Below, piece by piece: positions 59,266-64,000 of a stretch of DNA of 64,000 bases. The position numbers were made by a program, and so were the translations under genes. The notes under the pieces were generated by a model. It was not told the origin of the DNA and did not search any database. It saw only the letters and a program-made list of their open reading frames with translations. Every line of letters begins with the position of its first letter. Position 1 is the stretch's first letter. The DNA comes from a virus (Duplodnaviria > Caudoviricetes). The stretch is from IMG/VR virus record IMGVR_UViG_3300033463_000095, positions 8,017 to 72,016 of that record; one strand, 5' to 3'.

Positions 59266-62200
59266 TTAATTATCTAGCCCTTCTCTTTCATGAGTTATTT
59301 TTATATCTCCATTATTAAAAATTTCTTCTATTTTATATAATTGATGAAAACTAGTTTTACTATAAGTTTTTGCTACAAAAGTATCATCTCTGCGGAAACC
59401 AGCAACTAATAATTTTACACCACGAGTAAACCATCCTTTTTCTACAACATGTTTTACATTATCTTCACCTAATTCACTAATTTGTCTATTAAACATAGCA
59501 TAATATTCTTTTGTGAACTTAACATTTACTACTTCTGTTGGAGTTAATAATGTTACGGATGAACGCGTATCATTTTTACCAATTACAGTTCCAGCAATTC
59601 TATATATTTTATAAATAGGAATATCTCTACCATTTCTTTTAAAGAAGCAATCTATTGTTGGGTTAGATGTTAATTCATTAAAATCCACAATTCCATATTT
59701 ATTATTATTTACATGTGCCAATTCATGTTCATGATAATAGAAACATAATGCTTCCATTTCATATGAACTAATATTACCTTGAGCATATTTATCCCAACAC
59801 TCTTTAAATAATATTTTATTAAAATTATTAAGGATTTCCGCTTGATTATTTTTTATCCAATCTCTTGCTTTATCCATAACATCTTGATATATTTTATCCC
59901 ATCTTGTTTGAAGAATACAAGTCAATCCATTGATAACTTCTAACTGGTCTAAATCAAAATGTTTATTATAAAATTCTTCACAAACATTATCAAACACATA
60001 ATATTTGCCAACTTTTTTATTTGCTTTTAAATATTTTGTAAATAAAAATGTATGTTTTTGTAAATCTAATTCTTTAGGAATTAAATCGTGTTGAATTAAA
60101 CCATTAAAGTTTTGTAAAGTTATTCTTTTTTTTGCTTCACATACTTTAGATATATAATATATCATAACTACTTTACGTGCGGAAATGCCTAATTCATCTG
60201 CCCATGATTGCTCTAATTTATCAAATGCTCCCGCTTTAATAAGGCTAAACATTGCACTTTTATTTAATGGACATTTATTCATAAAATCAACTATTCCCGC
60301 ATAAGGTCTATGTTCTATTATTTGTTCTATTGTTGCTCCATTAATATTACTTAATGCTTTCATACCAAATAATATTTCATTATTTTCTTTATCAGGTTTA
60401 AAACTATAACTAGATTTATTAATATCTACTAAACTAACTTTAATACCTCTTAAAGTAATATCACCAATAGCCTTTGCCACTTTACCATAATCAGTCCCAC
60501 GTTCTTTGCGTTCAACATTTCCTTCTTCATCTTCTTCAAATTCATCATCTTCTTCAAGACTTCCACTATTAACAACTAAACATGCAGTATTTCAATAAAT
60601 TGGATTCCAATTAGTTGCAATATACATTGTTTGAAAACCAATAAATGAATATGCTAACGCATGAATTGTAGAGAATGAATACCCCATTTGAGGACCTACA
60701 CCACAAGCCCATACATATTTACCAAGATTTTTACTTGCCGCCTGATCTAATATCTGTTGATGAAGTGCAGGTATTTTACTCATTTGCTTTTTACCTACAA
60801 TTTTACGTGCAGCATTTGCTTCTGCAAGAGTAAAATTACATATATCTTTATCCATTAACATTTTCATTAATTGCTCTTGACTTGGCGGAACTCCATAAGA
60901 ACTTTTAAAATATGGTTCTAATGTTTTTTGTTCTGCTTGAGTTAATCCATATTCACGCATTTCTTTATACCATAATGATATATCATTTTTAAATCTAATA
61001 TATTTTTCCATAGGAGTTTCTTGACCTTTTTCTGCAGTCATAAGTCTCATTAATCCATTTGCATCTGACATTTCTAAAATTGAGGTTGGACGAATTTTCT
61101 TTGCGGCTTGTGAACCTACTTCACTATCAAATTGAAAAATATTTAATACACTATTTTCTTGAAGTGTTTTCCATATTTCTTGATTATCAATAGGTAATAC
61201 ATTAGGATGAAAATATTTATTATAAACTTCTCTTAATGTTAATGTGTTATCTATTTCATTATATTCTTGTAATAATCTAATTGCTTCGCACAATTTATCT
61301 TGAACTTCTGTTACTAAAAAGTCATATTTTGTCATACCGCATGCTTCTGCCATATGTAAATCATATGCTGTGATAATTTCACCTTTTGGGGTTCTCATAA
61401 ATGTACCAAATTCATATGGATCTTCATCGAATAATATTACTCCTGAGGCGTGGCTACTACGTTTATTAACTAATCCTTCAATTCCTCGCATAATATCTAA
61501 TAAACCTGGATAGGTATTAACTTCATTGATAAACATTTTTATAGGTTTTCTACCTTTATCTTCATTTCCATTGACAACATCATCAAGAGGCCATAGAAAT
61601 CCACGTTCACTTGGAATTAATGATGATAAATATTGTGCTGTATCAACATCTATTCCATCTGGATAATCTTCACTACGATAACCGCGGCAAGCGGTTAAGA
61701 TTGTTGATCGAGTTCCTTCTGTACCAAATGTTGCTATTAATGTACAACCTAAATTTTTTCTTGATAAATCATCTATATCTTTATTAAAATTTTGACCACG
61801 TTCTTTTTTTATTTCATTTAATATCTTAGGACGTTTACTCGGACATAGATCTAGATCGATATCCTTTAATGGACTATATCTTTCACAATAGATTACTGAG
61901 AGTATTTTACTTCATCTATTGCTAGAATGCGCTACGGAATAGTGCTTATCTCTACTCCTCTATATTTTAGTCTCTACACTTATATAATTTTTTCAATAAT
62001 ATCCTTTATAAAGAGTTCCTTCTTTGATAGCTCTATCTAATTGAGTATGACCTTTTAAACCAAGAAAAGATAAAACTGCAGTTTTTGCATTGAATATTCT
62101 TATTAAATTATATTTTTCATCATACATTGCAATTTTTTTACCATTAATAGCTTTATCTCCCTTTTTGCCATACATTCCATTTTTTTCTCCAGCTACTTTC

Positions 62201-64000
62201 CCAATGCTATTAATTGACATCTTTAATTTAGATTCTTGGGTATGATGTTTTCCATACATTCCATTCTTTTCTCCTGATACTGCCAGAGACATTTTTTCAC
62301 GATATTCTTTTGTTTTCATGTAAGAAACATCTCTATTTTTTCTTATTTTTTCTTTTGTTTCTTCTGACAAGTGAATTCCATATCTAGGATTTTTTTCTCC
62401 AGCATATTTTTCACTTATTTTTTTAGAATAGGCTATTTTTTGTTCTTCTGTTCAACCTGCGATAGTATTTCCACCATCTCCGCCTTCATGAATATTATAA
62501 AAATCTTCTCTATTAACAGCATTATATTTTTTTATAAACTCTTTTTCTTTTATACTATTTTCTTTTTCATCTTTTGAAATATATAAAATTTCTTTTTTAA
62601 AATTTTCTTTTCCATATTTTTTTATGGCTCTTAATAATAATGTGCCACTTCCCAAATATGAATCATTAAGTTCTCCCTTATGTTTTCCTATATATTTCTT
62701 TCCATTTATTAAATTGGTTGTCATATAAATATAATTCATATTATTTATCTCCTTTCAATATTATATGAAAAATATAACATTGACATGGATCGACTTTGAC
62801 CAAGATTTTTAATTATTTTTAATTATATAAGCACGGTATCACATGCCTTACCATGTATGGTAGCTTGCTCTCTTAGTCAGCTGATTCGTGCATAAAGCCT
62901 TATTTTGCTGATACCGTTAGCCGCTTTTAACGACACCCTTTAGCAAGGTTCACATTCTTTTTTTACAACTAGGCAATATCAACTATAGACTACCTAGTTC
63001 GACTCTCTCTTTGTTAAGGTACCTTCAGAACGGTAGCTCCCATTTAATCGGATCAAGTTGAGTTATTCCTAACAAATAATGATTTAATCCAGAACAACTT
63101 GAACCACGTCCTGCGCCAACGATACTTCCGCACTCCCAAAATAAATCTACATAATGTTGAAGTGTTACTGGATAAGCAAACATATTTGTTCCCAGTTTTT
63201 CACTAATTGTTTTTTTAATATCTGCCTCTTCTTCAAGTCTATCTAAATATTGATGATTTAATTTTCCAATTTCTTCTAATTTATTAGAGCATTCATTTAC
63301 CCAATATCTTTCTATTTTATCATCTGATTCAAACATACTAGATAATATAGGCCATGTATCTCGCGCAAATGCACCTTTATCAATTTTAGGATATTCCTTT
63401 ACTTCTACATGAGGAATAGTTTGTGCGTGTGCTAAACTAAATTTTTCTATTTTATTATATATTTCATAACTATTGCCAAACATTTCATTTATAAAATCAT
63501 CACTAAATTCAGATGCGTATAAATTTTCTTTAATTTCTTCATTATCTTGAAGATATGCAAATTCATAGAATTCATCTACTTCACGTTCTCCAAACTTACT
63601 ATTTAAATATGCTTTATGAACATACCTATCTTCTTTTTTAAGATAGTGAGCATCTGAACCTATAACCATTTTTAATCCAAATGCTTTTGCAATAGCAGGA
63701 AATCTTTTATTAACTAAAACTTGGTCACGACTGCTACCTGGCGCACATTCTATATAAAAATTACCTTCACCAAATACTTGTTTGCACCATAACAAGAAAT
63801 TTACTATATTATTATGTGCGGCTGCCGCTCCTTCTGTATCACCAGTTTTTTCTGCTTTAATTAAATTTAAAGTATTAACACTTAATTCTCCACCTAAGCA
63901 AGCTGTAGTTCCAATTAAACTATTAGGATATTTTTTTAATATTTCTTCTAAATCACTCTTTAAAGTAGGAACTCTTTCAAGACCTCTATCCCAATAACTA
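59266..64000 (-). CDS. dnaE: DNA polymerase III alpha subunit (family C), 5' partial, spliced (exons >64000-62992 and 61863-59266)
   Basis: PHP-domain TACLGGE and SDAHY; GAGRGS; F-W-RYLNKERVELG|DIDLDL; RSSHASG; KYDFL; HALAY; PIY-W-NTACL; C-terminal OB fold. Confidence 0.93.
61960..62739 (-). CDS. Intron-encoded GIY-YIG homing endonuclease with NUMOD3 repeats
   Basis: YIYMTTNLINGKKYIG...YLGSG...KKYGKENF...FYNI; repeated GEKNGMYGK; two TGA=Trp; TAG 61960 lies inside the intron core. Confidence 0.88.
62760..62801 (-). promoter_or_regulatory. Phage-specific promoter motif GGTCAAA-N29-TATAAT inside the dnaE intron
   Basis: Minus strand GGTCAAA 62801-62795, 29 nt, TATAAT 62765-62760, then AAAGGAG RBS and ATG 62739. 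Confidence 0.7.

Larger units (their letters stand above)
61864..62991 (-). ncRNA. Group I intron in dnaE (1128 nt)
   Basis: 5' exon ends GGU; intron ends ...CCATTAAAG; splicing rejoins ELG|DIDLD in frame. GTAGAGACTA (R) and AAGATATAGTCC (S) elements are present. Confidence 0.9.

Noticed and set aside
2430-63997. Antisense or alternate-frame track ORFs (e.g. 2430-2654, 3941-4201, 13452-13667, 31511-31759, 35014-35340, 49591-49803, 56820-57038, 63782-63997)
   Set aside because: They shadow well-supported genes on the other strand or frame and lack RBSs and recognisable motifs.
1-64000. TGA as Gly (code 25) or selenocysteine
   Set aside because: TGA alternates with TGG in internal repeats and occupies conserved Trp sites; there are too many for Sec.
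59266-64000. Inteins in DnaE or NrdD
   Set aside because: The insertions contain stops and group I core elements; no C/S...HN intein termini were seen.

Overview
A 64-kb segment of a large, very AT-rich tailed dsDNA phage (Caudoviricetes, siphovirus-like), probably infecting a walled Bacillota host. The supplied code-11 ORF track is fragmented because TGA encodes Trp (code 4). Read that way, nearly all fragments join into intact genes, and every gene end I traced is TAA or TAG. The + strand (1 to ~46.6 kb) carries terminase, portal, prohead protease, capsid, neck and tail genes, a 2621-aa tape measure, a ~2790-aa tail protein, two paralogous fibre genes, an M23/SH3 endolysin with holins, two baseplate-like genes and a five-gene Gly/Cys-rich cassette. 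The - strand (~46.6 to 64 kb) carries a RuvC-like resolvase, three glycosyltransferase-like genes, thyX, tdk, dut, a peptide deformylase, a metallophosphoesterase, nrdG, nrdD and dnaE. nrdD and dnaE are each split by a group I intron that encodes a GIY-YIG endonuclease. The main unexplained signals are: (1) TGA is absent from the highest-copy virion genes; (2) a phage-specific promoter motif, GGNCAAA-N29-TATAAT, recurs and is also used by the dnaE intron endonuclease; (3) the heptamer GCGGCAA/TTGCCGC is strongly over-represented independent of frame; (4) a lectin-like domain is inserted at three different sites in the fibre paralogues; (5) a structured GC-rich element lies between endolysin and holin. 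No tRNA, rRNA, CRISPR array, integrase or reverse transcriptase was seen. All product calls come from motif recognition by eye, not database searches.
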